Source: Candidatus Krumholzibacteriota bacterium
GTDB taxonomy: Bacteria > Krumholzibacteriota > Krumholzibacteriia > JAJRXK01
Direction of reading: 5' to 3'
Assembly (NCBI GenBank): GCA_963727455.1
Contig: CAVSGG010000009.1
Location: forward strand, 192,001-256,000
DNA: 64,000 nucleotides
A program made the position numbers and the translations under genes. This document shows positions 29,034 through 40,937 of this stretch, piece by piece (position 1 is the stretch's first letter; the number at the start of each line of letters is the position of its first letter). The notes beneath the pieces were generated by a model. The model was given only the letters and a program-made list of their open reading frames with translations, was not told where the DNA came from and did not search any database.

Positions 29034-30368
29034 TCAGACTGCGCTATGCGCCGGTACTGATCTCGAATCCGAGCCCTTGGGACGGCCGGGAAGGCCGTAG
29101 ATCTCGGCGGGAAAGAGGTAGGGGAAGACCCCTTCCAAGAATTGCCGCCGCTTGTAGGCGCGGTGGCTGGTGTTGTCGCGCCGCACGAGGGTCCGCAAAT
29201 AGCTCTCCACCGTCAAAATCTGCAGCTCGACCGGGAAGATGTAGGGCTGAATCGCCTCGCCCCTTGACGGCGCGTAGAGCACGTCGACGTCTTCCTTGAA
29301 TACTTTGAAGTCACTACTGCTGAAGCGATTCATCTCCTGGTGCTGTTCGGGATAGCGGAAGAGATCGACCTGATTGCGGAAGGCAAGCGGTCCGCCGAGA
29401 ACGTAATGCAGAAGATCCGCCAGCTGGTGCACGCTCTTCTCATCCTTCACGATGAATCGCAGACCCAGTATGTCGGTGATGGCGACGGGATCGTTGATGC
29501 GTTTGCGCAGCATCTTGGAGAGAACAGACGCTGAACGGATTCTCTCCAGTCGCGGCAAGTCCTCGGCGCGGCGGTCCCTCTGCCGCATGCCGGCGACCGG
29601 CGCCCCGTCCATCTTGAATCGCGCTGAAACGTGGTAGATGGGCAAGTCGAAGGGCCCACCCGGCAGATCGCGCACCACTCTGCGGGTGCTGAAACGGAAC
29701 CAGTGGCAGTCCGATCGCTTACCGCGCGCTTCGGTGAGACGCACTCCGGATTCGTCGAGAGTATAGCTCACCTCGACGTCCCCCGACTCCTGCACGTAGG
29801 CCCAGAGCTCCCGATCGAGAATCGAGAGAAGATAACGCTTGTGACGCGGGCCCTCCTGGATGCGGCGCGTACGATCGATTTGGATGAGAACTCGGGCGAG
29901 GTAGAGCTTGCGCCGCGCCTCGAAAGCACAGCGGCTGCTGTGGTCGCAGAAGAGGTGCTCGACCAGTTGATGGAAGTCGTTGCAGTTGGCGATGCTCGGA
30001 TCGCAGGAGAAGTGCTTTCTCTCCTCCTCGGGCAACAGAAGCACGAGCTGCGCGAGATAGGCGCTGGCGTCGTGAAGGTAGGAGGAGATGATTCTCTCGT
30101 TCACCTCCAGGGAATGTTGTTCGCTCACCGGATGCAAGAGGCGGTTGAGCAGGCTCTGGTAGCGCCAGGGGTTGCTCATGTTCTCGCGTAAAAGACGCAC
30201 GTAGTGGCGCATCGCATTGCGATCGCGTTCGAAAAAGTGCGGGTCCAGTAGCGGGTGTGCGGAATAGTCAGGTTGTTCGCGATCGCTCATCTGGCGATCG
30301 GATGCCTTGGGAACGATCGAGATGGTACGAGCCATCCGGTCTAACTCCTGAGGAAGCGTCGAAGCCAA
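29034..30368 (-). CDS. RelA/SpoT-synthetase-fold nucleotidyltransferase (TIGR04552/TIGR04562-like)
   Basis: SVLSKMLRK, DILGLRFIV, ELQILT. Confidence 0.7.
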   Translation of the reverse strand: MASTLPQELDRMARTISIVPKASDRQMSDREQPDYSAHPLLDPHFFERDRNAMRHYVRLLRENMSNPWRYQSLLNRLLHPVSEQHSLEVNERIISSYLHDASAYLAQLVLLLPEEERKHFSCDPSIANCNDFHQLVEHLFCDHSSRCAFEARRKLYLARVLIQIDRTRRIQEGPRHKRYLLSILDRELWAYVQESGDVEVSYTLDESGVRLTEARGKRSDCHWFRFSTRRVVRDLPGGPFDLPIYHVSARFKMDGAPVAGMRQRDRRAEDLPRLERIRSASVLSKMLRKRINDPVAITDILGLRFIVKDEKSVHQLADLLHYVLGGPLAFRNQVDLFRYPEQHQEMNRFSSSDFKVFKEDVDVLYAPSRGEAIQPYIFPVELQILTVESYLRTLVRRDNTSHRAYKRRQFLEGVFPYLFPAEIYGLPGRPKGSDSRSVPAHSAV

Positions 30369-30420
30369 GGTGGCGTCCTTGGTCTACGCCGTCAAGCGCG
30401 CAACAGTTCCACTCCTTCGC

Positions 30421-31386
30421 TCATTCTACTACAGATGCACGAACCAGGCCTACCAGACTCCTCACGAAGGCCGGATGATCGTTGAGACAGGGCACGAGCT
30501 TGAAATCGCCGCCACCGGCCTCCTGGAAGAGCACACGCCCCAATTCGCCGATTTCGTCCAGGGTTTCCAGGCAATCGGTGGTGAAACTCGGTGTCATTAC
30601 GTACAGGCTCTCCGTGCCGGCCTTCCCCAGGGCCACCAGCCGCTCCTGCGTGTTGGGAGTAATCCAGGGCTCGGGTCCGAAACGGCTCTGGTAGCCGAGT
30701 TCCCAGCTGCCTTCGGGCCAGTCCATTCTGGCCGCGAGGGCGCGCGCGGTCATTTCGCACTGCTTCGCGTAGGGGTCTCCCTGTTTGATGTAGCGGCGCG
30801 GAAGACCGTGGAAGCTCAAGAGCCAGTGGCGGGGCTCACCCCAGCGCTCCCGCGCCTCGCGCGCGGTTTGCGCCAAGGCCTCCAGATAGCTCTCGTGTGT
30901 CGCGAAGCCGCGCAGCTCCACCACTTTCGACTCACGACGGCTCTTGGGCCACAGGAGTTCGAGCTTGTCGTAGACGCTTTCGCTGGTCGAACGCGAATAC
31001 TGTGGAAAGAGCGGTAGCACCACCATCTGGTCGAATCCAGCTTCTTGAAGCTCCTCGAGCGCCGCCTTCAAGGATGGATTCCCGTAGCGCATGCCCAGGG
31101 CCACCTGCCACTGCGATCCCAGGGCTTGCGCCAGGGTTCTCTGTAGGCGCTGGCTGTAGACGAGCAGGGGCGATCCCTCCTCCATCCAAACCCGGCGGTA
31201 CAGGGCAGCGCTCTTCTTGGGCCTGACCCGCAACACGATTCCGTGCAGGATGGGCAGCCACAGCCAGCGCGGATAGTCGACCACGCGAAAGTCGCTCAAG
31301 AACTCCGCCAAATAGCGGCGTACCGCCTCGGGCGTCGGGGCGTCGGGCGTTCCCAGCTGGGCCAAGAGAAGCGCTCGCTTGCTCAC
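30421..31386 (-). CDS. hemH: Ferrochelatase
   Basis: LGTP, LGMRYGNP, PLFPQYS, SFHGLP, QSRFG, DCLETLDEI. Confidence 0.96.
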   Translation of the reverse strand: MSKRALLLAQLGTPDAPTPEAVRRYLAEFLSDFRVVDYPRWLWLPILHGIVLRVRPKKSAALYRRVWMEEGSPLLVYSQRLQRTLAQALGSQWQVALGMRYGNPSLKAALEELQEAGFDQMVVLPLFPQYSRSTSESVYDKLELLWPKSRRESKVVELRGFATHESYLEALAQTAREARERWGEPRHWLLSFHGLPRRYIKQGDPYAKQCEMTARALAARMDWPEGSWELGYQSRFGPEPWITPNTQERLVALGKAGTESLYVMTPSFTTDCLETLDEIGELGRVLFQEAGGGDFKLVPCLNDHPAFVRSLVGLVRASVVE

Positions 31387-31392
31387 GATCTC

Positions 31393-31827
31393 TCACTCCT
31401 TCTCGGGGTCGACGGCGCGGCGCTCCCGCTTGCGCTGAGAGCGGCGCCGTTTGGCCTCTTTTCGCCTGCGGCGGCTGGCCGCGGTCGGCCTGGTGGCCTT
31501 GCGTGGGCGCGGGCGACGCAGGGCTTCCGTCAACAACTCCTGCAATCTCCGCACGACTTCGTGCCGATTTTGCGTTTGGCTGCGGTGCGCTGAGGAACTG
31601 AGGTGCAGCACCCCCCGTCCGTCGAGACGCGAGGACAGCTTTTCCAGCAGCCGGGCCCGCTGTCGGGGCCCCAAACTGTCACTCTTCGCCACGTCGAAGA
31701 GCAATTCCACCTGGGTGTCGCTGGTGTTGACGTGTTGGCCTCCGGGTCCGCCGCTGCGCGAAGTTCGAAAGCGCAGTTCGGAGCGCCGCAAGCTCAGCGA
31801 GGGAGTGATGCGGATGTAGCTTTCCAT
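31393..31827 (-). CDS. arfB: Alternative ribosome rescue factor B
   Basis: SGGPGGQHVN, RSQTQNR, basic C-terminal tail. Confidence 0.93.
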   Translation of the reverse strand: MESYIRITPSLSLRRSELRFRTSRSGGPGGQHVNTSDTQVELLFDVAKSDSLGPRQRARLLEKLSSRLDGRGVLHLSSSAHRSQTQNRHEVVRRLQELLTEALRRPRPRKATRPTAASRRRRKEAKRRRSQRKRERRAVDPEKE

Positions 31828-32021
31828 GGCTTCTCCATGCTTCGCGCGGGACGGCCTCACTCTCTGGCAAATCGCCGGTCACCGCAAGTTCGGCTTGAGG
31901 CCCAAGTTTCTTGCGGGATTCGCGGGCTTGGCGTAGCCTGCCAAAATCCTGAGGAACTCATGTTCCCGGTTCGGCCATCGTCCCACGCCAGGCCGGCAGC
32001 GACTCATTTTTAGGAGGAAGT

Positions 32022-32852
32022 TTGATCATGCGACGCACCATCCTCTTTGCGATTCTCGTCGCTCTGCTCGTGCTCTCGGCCGGAATTGCCACCGCTCAAG
32101 AGACGCAGACGAAGAACATGGAGGGCTCCACGACGAGCTCTTCCACGGTCACCGCGAGGACGCAGTCCAATCTGAGCTATCGGGGGCAAAGCGAAGATGT
32201 CCGTCCTTTCGTGGCCTGGATGAAGGATACGGTGATCGCCCCCGGTGTCGTGGTCGAGCCCTTCTTCGCGCTCAACGACTACAATCATGCCAGCGGCTGG
32301 AATTTGGGAGGGCAGGCCGGTTTTCGCGCTGCGCCCGATTTCGAGACCGGGCTGCGCTGGAGTCTGGATCATTTCAGCGTGGACAATGGCGGAGATGAAA
32401 CCGGCCTCTCCGATCTGCGCGGCTACGTCCGTTATCGCATCCAGCCGCAGAACCCACAGTTCTCGCTCGGTGCCTGGGTCGACCTCCCCGTGGGTAAGGA
32501 AGAGGTCGGGGCCAGCAACTTCAACGTCGATCTCTTCGGAGCCATGCGCTACCACCTCGATTCGGGCTTGGTGGTGCTCGGCAACGCGGGAATCGAGAGC
32601 GTGGAAAAGGGCGGCGACAACCGCGACACCGGCATTCACTTCGGCGGCGGGGTGATCTATCCCCTCTCGCAGGATCTCAGCGCGCTGGGCGAGCTGAACT
32701 GGGGCAGCGCCAGCGAGTACGGCTTGATCAACGGCGGGCTGGACTACCTGGTCAGCAACAACGGTCACATCCGCGCCTCCCTGGGCTTCGGCTTCGACGA
32801 TGGCGCTCCGGATCTGACTCTGCTCTTGGGATTCCTCCTGGGAATTGACTAG
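32022..32852 (+). CDS. Putative outer-membrane beta-barrel protein
   Basis: Signal peptide; alternating amphipathic strands rich in Gly and aromatic residues. Confidence 0.65.
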   Translation: MIMRRTILFAILVALLVLSAGIATAQETQTKNMEGSTTSSSTVTARTQSNLSYRGQSEDVRPFVAWMKDTVIAPGVVVEPFFALNDYNHASGWNLGGQAGFRAAPDFETGLRWSLDHFSVDNGGDETGLSDLRGYVRYRIQPQNPQFSLGAWVDLPVGKEEVGASNFNVDLFGAMRYHLDSGLVVLGNAGIESVEKGGDNRDTGIHFGGGVIYPLSQDLSALGELNWGSASEYGLINGGLDYLVSNNGHIRASLGFGFDDGAPDLTLLLGFLLGID

Positions 32853-32923
32853 TTTCCTCCCGCGAGGGTAAGGCTGCGCGCGAGCAGTCCAAAAGAGCCT
32901 GAAGAAATTCGAGGAGAGAGATC

Positions 32924-34556
<1,633 letters not shown>

Positions 34557-34694
34557 TCCCTGCCGACGCGAGTACCTGGGTCGGCGCTCAAGGGGGACCC
34601 GTCTCGAAGGTCCGTCCTCGCGTTTCGGCCAAAGCGCCCTATACAATTCACTCTCCGTCTGTCCGTTGTCCGTCACTGTCCCTCCTGGAAGTGT

Positions 34695-36758
34695 TCACGT
34701 TGACGCCATAAGTCTCTCGTCGCGGTAAACCCTGAAGGGGCGCCCGTGCTCATCGAGGCCCATCTCCCAGGTGAGCCCTTTCCCGTCGGTCCCAACTTCG
34801 CCGCGTACGCGCAAAAGCCCCTGGTGCTCGCCGATCTGGTGGTGGAACGCGCAGAGTGTGATGCGGTTGGAGTCGCGATCGTCGCCCCCTCGCGCCCGGT
34901 ACTGCAGGTGATGGACCTGGAGGTTGCGGCGTTGCGTACACTCCGGAGTGGCGCAACGCCAACCATCGCGATCGAGAATGCGCCGTTGGGAAGCCGGGAT
35001 CGACTGGTGATGGTCCGCCCACACCTTGCGTGCGCGATAAAAGAGGCGACACAACGCGAGCCACGCCGGGATCCGTCGCGGCGCGGGAACTTCGGCCTGG
35101 GCTCGCACGCGATCCTGTTCGCTGGCGAGCTGCATCAGGAGCTCGTCGCGGGTCTGAAGACTGAGGCGAAAGCGAGCGGTGCCCCGGGGGGCGTCATTCC
35201 AGGCCAAGAGTGCCTCGTGGAGAGCGGCCCCTTGCGCATGCTCCGGATTTCGCACGAGTACTTCCAAAGAGTGGTTGCCGGTTCGGAGTTGGTCCTCATC
35301 CGGAGGAGCGCAACCGGCCAGAGACCACGCGCGATAGTCGGTGAGGAGCTGTCGGCGCGCCCAGGCCATGGCGGCGCGCAGGCCGCGCACGGTATGGCGA
35401 AGTGCGTAGCGGATCCACTTCCATAGGTCAGAGACGGGAACGTGGCAACGCCGATGCAGGAGCGCCAGGAGGTCGGCCTGCACGGTGGAGAGTTTGCCCC
35501 GGGCGCGGGCGAGGGCGATGGGGTGTTTTCTCCGCCTCTCTCGCGCGCGACGCAGGCGATCGGTGCAGGTCGACTGCGGCAGATCGAGAAGCGCGCGCGC
35601 GAAGCGCTCGAAGTTGGAGTACCCGTAGCGCTCGTGTAGACCGTCGAGCATCCATTCATAGAGCTGATCTTCTTGGCGGAGGCGCAGGCGATTGCGTCGC
35701 GCCAAAAGACGCTGCAAGAGGGCGTGCAGACGGAAGGCGTAGCGACGTTGGGCAATCTCTCCCAGGACGGGAAGGCGCGGATGGGGGAGGGTTCGCGCGG
35801 TGCGTTCCAAACGCGCGGACTGTTCCCGTGAAAGGGGAGTGTGCGTGCGCCCGTCCCGAACCCCGAAACGGCGCCGTGCCCGCGCCGCATCAACGGTTGA
35901 TTCGCCTTCGCCGCCTGCCTCGGCGAGGAGGGCGCTGATGGCTTCTTCGTCGCCCTGGCAGCGTCCCACAATTGCACGGGCGAGCTCGAGGGAGTCCTCG
36001 AGATAGAGGACGGCGGGAGCGGGTGCGGAAAAGGAGATGTTGGTGAACTCGCCGGACTCGTCCCCTCCCGCAGTGCCGGTGGTTGCCGGTTCGGAGTTGG
36101 TCCCCTTCCGTTCTTGTTTGTCTGCGCGGTGGGCGGATGCGCCCGGAGCGTGGTCCTCCCCGCTGCCCTTGGCATCTTGCTCCTTAAACCCATGCCGCGC
36201 GATGAGGTCGAGCGCACGAAGGGAAGTATGCCCTTCGCGAAACTCGGCCCGCAGATGCGGCTGCTGACAGAGCAGGCGACCTACTCGAACCCACTCCAAG
36301 AGGGTCGAGGGGGAAACGCCGAGCAACGCGTTGGCGTAATCACGTTGCGAATGGGCCATCCAGCGCGGCCCCCGCAGCGCGATGAAATAGGCACTGGCCA
36401 GACAGAGGCGGAGTAGGAGCCGCGAGTCGGCGGCGCGATAGGCGGCGAAGGTGTCGCGCAGCTTGTCGCAAGAGACTGCAGTCGCGCGGGAGCCAGAGGA
36501 CGCCGGGGAGCCTAGCTTCGCCGAAGTGCCGGCGGTCGCGCGAGAGCGAGCCACGCCCGACCCAGAGCTTGCGCATAACGAGTGAAAACTCTGTATCTCC
36601 TGCTCGGAGGGCGACGGGAGCAGCCGCGGACTTCGGGGAGAAGACAGCTGATCTCGTAGTTTGTTGCTGCTCGTGGTAGGACACGCCGCTCTCCAGAAAT
36701 TGGGTGGCAAAGGTGGCGGTGCGTAGATGCAATATAGTACAAACAGATGAGTGTGCAA
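34695..36758 (-). CDS. Large HNH endonuclease (C-terminal HNH; true start uncertain)
   Basis: RDGWRCATPECT..LQVHH..RGG..SNRITLCAFHH. Confidence 0.8.
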   Translation of the reverse strand: MHTHLFVLYCIYAPPPLPPNFWRAACPTTSSNKLRDQLSSPRSPRLLPSPSEQEIQSFHSLCASSGSGVARSRATAGTSAKLGSPASSGSRATAVSCDKLRDTFAAYRAADSRLLLRLCLASAYFIALRGPRWMAHSQRDYANALLGVSPSTLLEWVRVGRLLCQQPHLRAEFREGHTSLRALDLIARHGFKEQDAKGSGEDHAPGASAHRADKQERKGTNSEPATTGTAGGDESGEFTNISFSAPAPAVLYLEDSLELARAIVGRCQGDEEAISALLAEAGGEGESTVDAARARRRFGVRDGRTHTPLSREQSARLERTARTLPHPRLPVLGEIAQRRYAFRLHALLQRLLARRNRLRLRQEDQLYEWMLDGLHERYGYSNFERFARALLDLPQSTCTDRLRRARERRRKHPIALARARGKLSTVQADLLALLHRRCHVPVSDLWKWIRYALRHTVRGLRAAMAWARRQLLTDYRAWSLAGCAPPDEDQLRTGNHSLEVLVRNPEHAQGAALHEALLAWNDAPRGTARFRLSLQTRDELLMQLASEQDRVRAQAEVPAPRRIPAWLALCRLFYRARKVWADHHQSIPASQRRILDRDGWRCATPECTQRRNLQVHHLQYRARGGDDRDSNRITLCAFHHQIGEHQGLLRVRGEVGTDGKGLTWEMGLDEHGRPFRVYRDERLMAST

Positions 36759-36959
36759 TGGGCTTCGATGAAGTTTTTCAAGGGGGCGACGGCGCGACTA
36801 TACGATGCCGCCCAGGCTTCCGACGGACGAGTAACGGCGCGAGTTCAACAAACTTGATCGCCGGCCCAAGTCTACGCGAAATCACATGCACCTGAAGAGC
36901 CCGTGCCACCTCGACAAGGGTTGTGTTGCCATGCTCTCTGGCCTCCCCTATCCATGCAG

Positions 36960-37338
36960 GATCCGCCGTCTGTGCGCCCAGATCCCCGCACCGCGCCAGC
37001 ATTTGGTCAGATACTACGGCTGGTACTCGCACCGGGCCCGAGGGGCAAGAGCCAACCCCCAGGACGCGCCGATCGCCAGGGCACCCTCCACTGCGCGCAG
37101 CCGCAGCTGGGCACGCCTGCTGCGCAGGATCTTCGAGCTGGACCCCATGCTCTGCCCGCAGTGCGGGGGAACCATGAAGATCGTGTCGGTGATCGACGAA
37201 GCAGCCGTGGTGGACCGGATTCTCAGACACCTGGCACGGATCGGCGGCAACGACCCGCACGAGGGAACCGCGCAACGAGCTCCGCCAAGAGCATGAACCC
37301 CTACCAGTACCCTGAGCCTCCCGACGAATGCGCAGGGC
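36960..37338 (+). mobile_element. IS91/ISCR-type transposase remnant, copy 1 (internal fragment)
   Basis: Near-identical to about 52925-53303; HLVRYYGWYS, WARLLRRIFELDPMLCPQCGG. Confidence 0.85.
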
Positions 37339-37481
37339 CACTCCTATGGACTCGAGTCCATGCTTCGCGCGGCTGATCGGCGTTTCGCTGGCTTTCTCCC
37401 CGACGTCTATCGTACACTTGGCGCACGCGACGCACTGCCGTCGTGCGGTTACCGTACTTCCCCCGGTTCCGGAGGTATGGG

Positions 37482-38672
37482 ATGCGATCGCGCCTCCTCC
37501 CTGTCGTATTGGTATTCCTAGCACTCTCACTTGGTTGCGGCGACAGCAGCACGAGCCCCGACACGACCGGCGTCCAAGCGCTGAGGTTCGAGACTTTCCA
37601 ACGCGCGAGTCTGGAATTCGGCCAGCTCGACATGACCTCCGGAGACGCCAACCGGGGCACCGTGACCAACCAGATCGGCCTCAGTTCGCCGAGCGGCGCG
37701 GGTTCCGGGTTGTTTTACCTCCCCGATCCGGGTAACAACCGCGTGCTGGGGTACACCTCATTTCCCACGACCAACGGCGCCGCCGCGGACTTCGTCGTCG
37801 GTCAGACCGGTTTCGGATTCAATCAGTCAGGGACATCGATCCAGCGCTTCCGGCGACCGACGGCCTGCGCGGTGTCCGACGGTAAGCTGTTCGTCACCGA
37901 CTATTTCAACAACCGCGTGTTGATCTGGAACTCGCTCCCCACGGGCCCCGATTCGGCCGACGTCGTGGTCGGGCAGCCCGATTTCACGACAGCAAGCTCC
38001 GGGCTCTCGTCGACGAAACTGGGCGGTCCGATCGATCTCGCGGTCGCGGGAGGAAAGCTGTTCGTGGCCGAGTACGGCAACCACCGGGTCCTGATCTGGA
38101 ACACCATCCCCACGACCAACGGCGCGCCCGCGGACGTCGTCGTAGGCAAGCCCGACTTCACGTCCGGGGGCGCCGGACCCACCGCCTCGATCACGGGCAA
38201 CGTGTCAGCAGTATGGAGCGACGGAAGGCGGCTCGTGGTGACAGACGAATACAATGCCCGCGTCCTGATCTGGAATTCGATTCCAAGCACGAACGGCGCT
38301 CCGGCCGACATCGTGCTGGGAGCGTCCGATTTCGAGAGCGAAGGTTGCTGCCGAGGAGGCTTCGACAACGCATTTGACCACCCGAGCGGACTGGCCTCGG
38401 ACGGCTACAGCCTGTTCGTCGCCGACACCAGCGAGAATCGGGTGATGATCTACACGCCGTTTCCCCGCAAGAACAACGAGGCGGCGAGCCGGATCCTGGG
38501 GCAGGGCGCGTTCCACCGCGCCAGCCGGAACGACGACAACCAGGATGGGGTCGCCGACGCCCAACCGTCCGACCGGACGATGTACCTCCCGACGGGGCTC
38601 AGCATCGTCGGCCGGCGGCTGCTGGTGGCCGATCAGTACAACAATCGGGTCCTGGTCTTCGACAGCAAGTAG
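37482..38672 (+). CDS. NHL-repeat beta-propeller lipoprotein
   Basis: Lipobox LSLGC; repeated NNRVLIWN..ADVVVGQPDF units. Confidence 0.85.
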   Translation: MRSRLLPVVLVFLALSLGCGDSSTSPDTTGVQALRFETFQRASLEFGQLDMTSGDANRGTVTNQIGLSSPSGAGSGLFYLPDPGNNRVLGYTSFPTTNGAAADFVVGQTGFGFNQSGTSIQRFRRPTACAVSDGKLFVTDYFNNRVLIWNSLPTGPDSADVVVGQPDFTTASSGLSSTKLGGPIDLAVAGGKLFVAEYGNHRVLIWNTIPTTNGAPADVVVGKPDFTSGGAGPTASITGNVSAVWSDGRRLVVTDEYNARVLIWNSIPSTNGAPADIVLGASDFESEGCCRGGFDNAFDHPSGLASDGYSLFVADTSENRVMIYTPFPRKNNEAASRILGQGAFHRASRNDDNQDGVADAQPSDRTMYLPTGLSIVGRRLLVADQYNNRVLVFDSK

Positions 38673-39002
38673 CGGTGGTATCTGCGAGGCGGGAAAGCTC
38701 GGCGCGCGAGCGGTCCCGCTGTCTCCTGCGCTGCGCGCACGAGGCGACCCAGCGCCGGCTGCCCGAGAAGTCAGCGCTTGGTATGCTCTGTGTCCAAAAA
38801 CGTCACAGTGGACGAGGTTACCGAAATCTCTGATGGTCCCAGCGTCCCGTAGATGGTGTTCTCCGTCGGACGGATGACGAATGCGTGATGCAGCTTGGAA
38901 TCGCCAAGGGCCATACTATAGTCTCTCGCGAGGCGTGGAGACTCCCGAGGATCGACCGTTGGAGTGTCGGTTCTCTATTGTCAGGTCGAGGGGAAGGACG
39001 GT

Positions 39003-40229
39003 ATGAAGTACTTCATGGTCGGGATGCTGGCTCTTGATCTTCTGCTGTTCATCACTTTCCCCTGTCGAGCCCAAGTCATCCCGGATGACCCCCTGTACCC
39101 CGAGCAGATCTACTACGCGCACAATGCAGGTCGGACGACGTTGATTCTGGACTCAAGCCGGCCCAAGTCGCGTGAGGTCGAGGTCGATCCGAAGGTGTTG
39201 TTGGACCTGCCATCGGCCTGGCAATACACCACGGGTAGTAGAGCGGTCGTCGTGGCTGTCCTCGATGATGGCTTCTTCTATTGGCACGAGGACATCCAGG
39301 ACAATCTCTGGCAGAACCCGGGCGAGGTCGGGGTGGACAGCTCAGGATATCCAAGACAGACCAACGGCGTGGATGACGACGGCAATGGGCATGTAGACGA
39401 CGTACTCGGATGGGACTTCGCGTTCGAAGATCCCGATCCGGATCCCTATGTTTTCGACGGGATGGACAGGAACCGAGTGCAGCCGTATTCCCACTCGATC
39501 CCGGCGCTTGGGATCATTGGAGCCAAAGGAAACAACCACCGGGGAATCGCCGGCATCAACTGGGACGTGTCACTGATGCTACTGAAGATTGGCGCCCAGG
39601 GGGTCCGATACAAGGCCCCCGATACCGAGCGAGCCGCCAATGCTGCGAGGGCGATTCGCTATGCGGTGGACAATGGAGCCCGAATCATCAACTGGAGTGG
39701 CTACGTTTCCATCGATGATCCAGCGCGGTTGGAGCCTCTGAAGGAATCCATCGATTACGCACGGGATCACAACGTACTGCTCGTCTTGGCGGCCGGCAAT
39801 GACGGGGTGGATGTGGACAGCGACGAGAACTGCTTGTATCCCCAGTGCTTTGACCTCGACAACATGATACGTGTGGCCGAACTGGGTTATGACGGCACAC
39901 TGATCCACTACAAGACCGGAAGTCGTTGGCGTGGTTCGAACTATGGTGTCAAGCGGGTCGAGATCGGAGCGGTCGCCGAAAATCTGACCACGGCGTTCAG
40001 AGACGGAGTAAGTACCTATGCCACTCGGGGGGGAACCTCCAATGCAGCGCCGGTGGTCGCAGGAGTTGCTGCGCTCGTACTCTCGATTCGACCCGATCTG
40101 ACGCCACCGGCTCTGATCCAACTGCTGATGGACACCGCCACCCCGATCGATGCACTCCGAGGCAAGGTCCGGTCGGGCGGTTCCGTCAACGCCTACAAGG
40201 CGGTTCATCGCGCCGTCCATGGTGGATAG
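39003..40229 (+). CDS. Secreted S8 subtilisin-like serine peptidase
   Basis: VAVLDDG, His in SHSIPALGII, LAAGN, GGTSNAAP; NGVDDDGNGHVDD insert. Confidence 0.88.
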   Translation: MKYFMVGMLALDLLLFITFPCRAQVIPDDPLYPEQIYYAHNAGRTTLILDSSRPKSREVEVDPKVLLDLPSAWQYTTGSRAVVVAVLDDGFFYWHEDIQDNLWQNPGEVGVDSSGYPRQTNGVDDDGNGHVDDVLGWDFAFEDPDPDPYVFDGMDRNRVQPYSHSIPALGIIGAKGNNHRGIAGINWDVSLMLLKIGAQGVRYKAPDTERAANAARAIRYAVDNGARIINWSGYVSIDDPARLEPLKESIDYARDHNVLLVLAAGNDGVDVDSDENCLYPQCFDLDNMIRVAELGYDGTLIHYKTGSRWRGSNYGVKRVEIGAVAENLTTAFRDGVSTYATRGGTSNAAPVVAGVAALVLSIRPDLTPPALIQLLMDTATPIDALRGKVRSGGSVNAYKAVHRAVHGG

Positions 40230-40558
40230 ACGCCAACAGTCGGAGTCCTGAACAGCTGAGCATGGCACCGCGTCACCTTCTTGGGAGGAGTGGGGCGTAC
40301 GGCCAGCGCGCAAGCACGCGATTGGCCCTTCAGAACGGACGGAGATGGTGCGGACCGAGCCGCGGGCGGTTCCGTGGCGCGTCCCGTAGTCCAGCTACCC
40401 GGTCTTCCGTTCCCAGGCGACGGCAGGGATGTGGATGGTGGAGGCCGGGGCTCGGATCGAGGGCAGAGAAACGATCTCTGGGGAAAAGTGCATCCGGGCA
40501 TTGATCTCCGAACCGGTTCGGAGTAAGCTGTCGGGGGGTTGACTCTAGGAGGGAGACC

Positions 40559-40933
40559 ATGCGGCCACTGCCGTCCGATGGTGAGCTGGCGATCCTGCGG
40601 GTTTTGTGGGCTCGAGGACCGAGCACCGTGGGAGAAGCCCACGATCGGATCCGTCGGAACCACTCGGTGGAATACAACACCGTGGGCAAGCTCTTGCAGA
40701 TCATGACGGAAAAGGGACTGGTGAGGGTGGACGATCGCAAGAGGGCACATGTGTTTTCGGCGGCGGTGAAGGAAGAAGACGTGCAGAACCGTCTTGCGGC
40801 GGACCTAGCGAGGCGCGCTTTCGGAGGCTCGGCCGCACAACTGGCCCTACGAGCCTTGACCGGGGAGCGTTGCACGGGGGCGGAGGCAGCTGAACTACGA
40901 CGCCTACTAGACGAACTAGAGAGGGAGGACTAG
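40559..40933 (+). CDS. BlaI/MecI/CopY-family repressor
   Basis: ELAILRVLW..GPSTV, YNTV..LLQIM.EKGLV, FGGS. Confidence 0.93.
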   Translation: MRPLPSDGELAILRVLWARGPSTVGEAHDRIRRNHSVEYNTVGKLLQIMTEKGLVRVDDRKRAHVFSAAVKEEDVQNRLAADLARRAFGGSAAQLALRALTGERCTGAEAAELRRLLDELERED

Positions 40934-40937
40934 CGGC

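Noticed and set aside
40230-40558. Hairpins upstream of blaI as an ncRNA or group II intron relic
   Set aside because: Only isolated GC-rich stems, with no recognisable domain V or terminator
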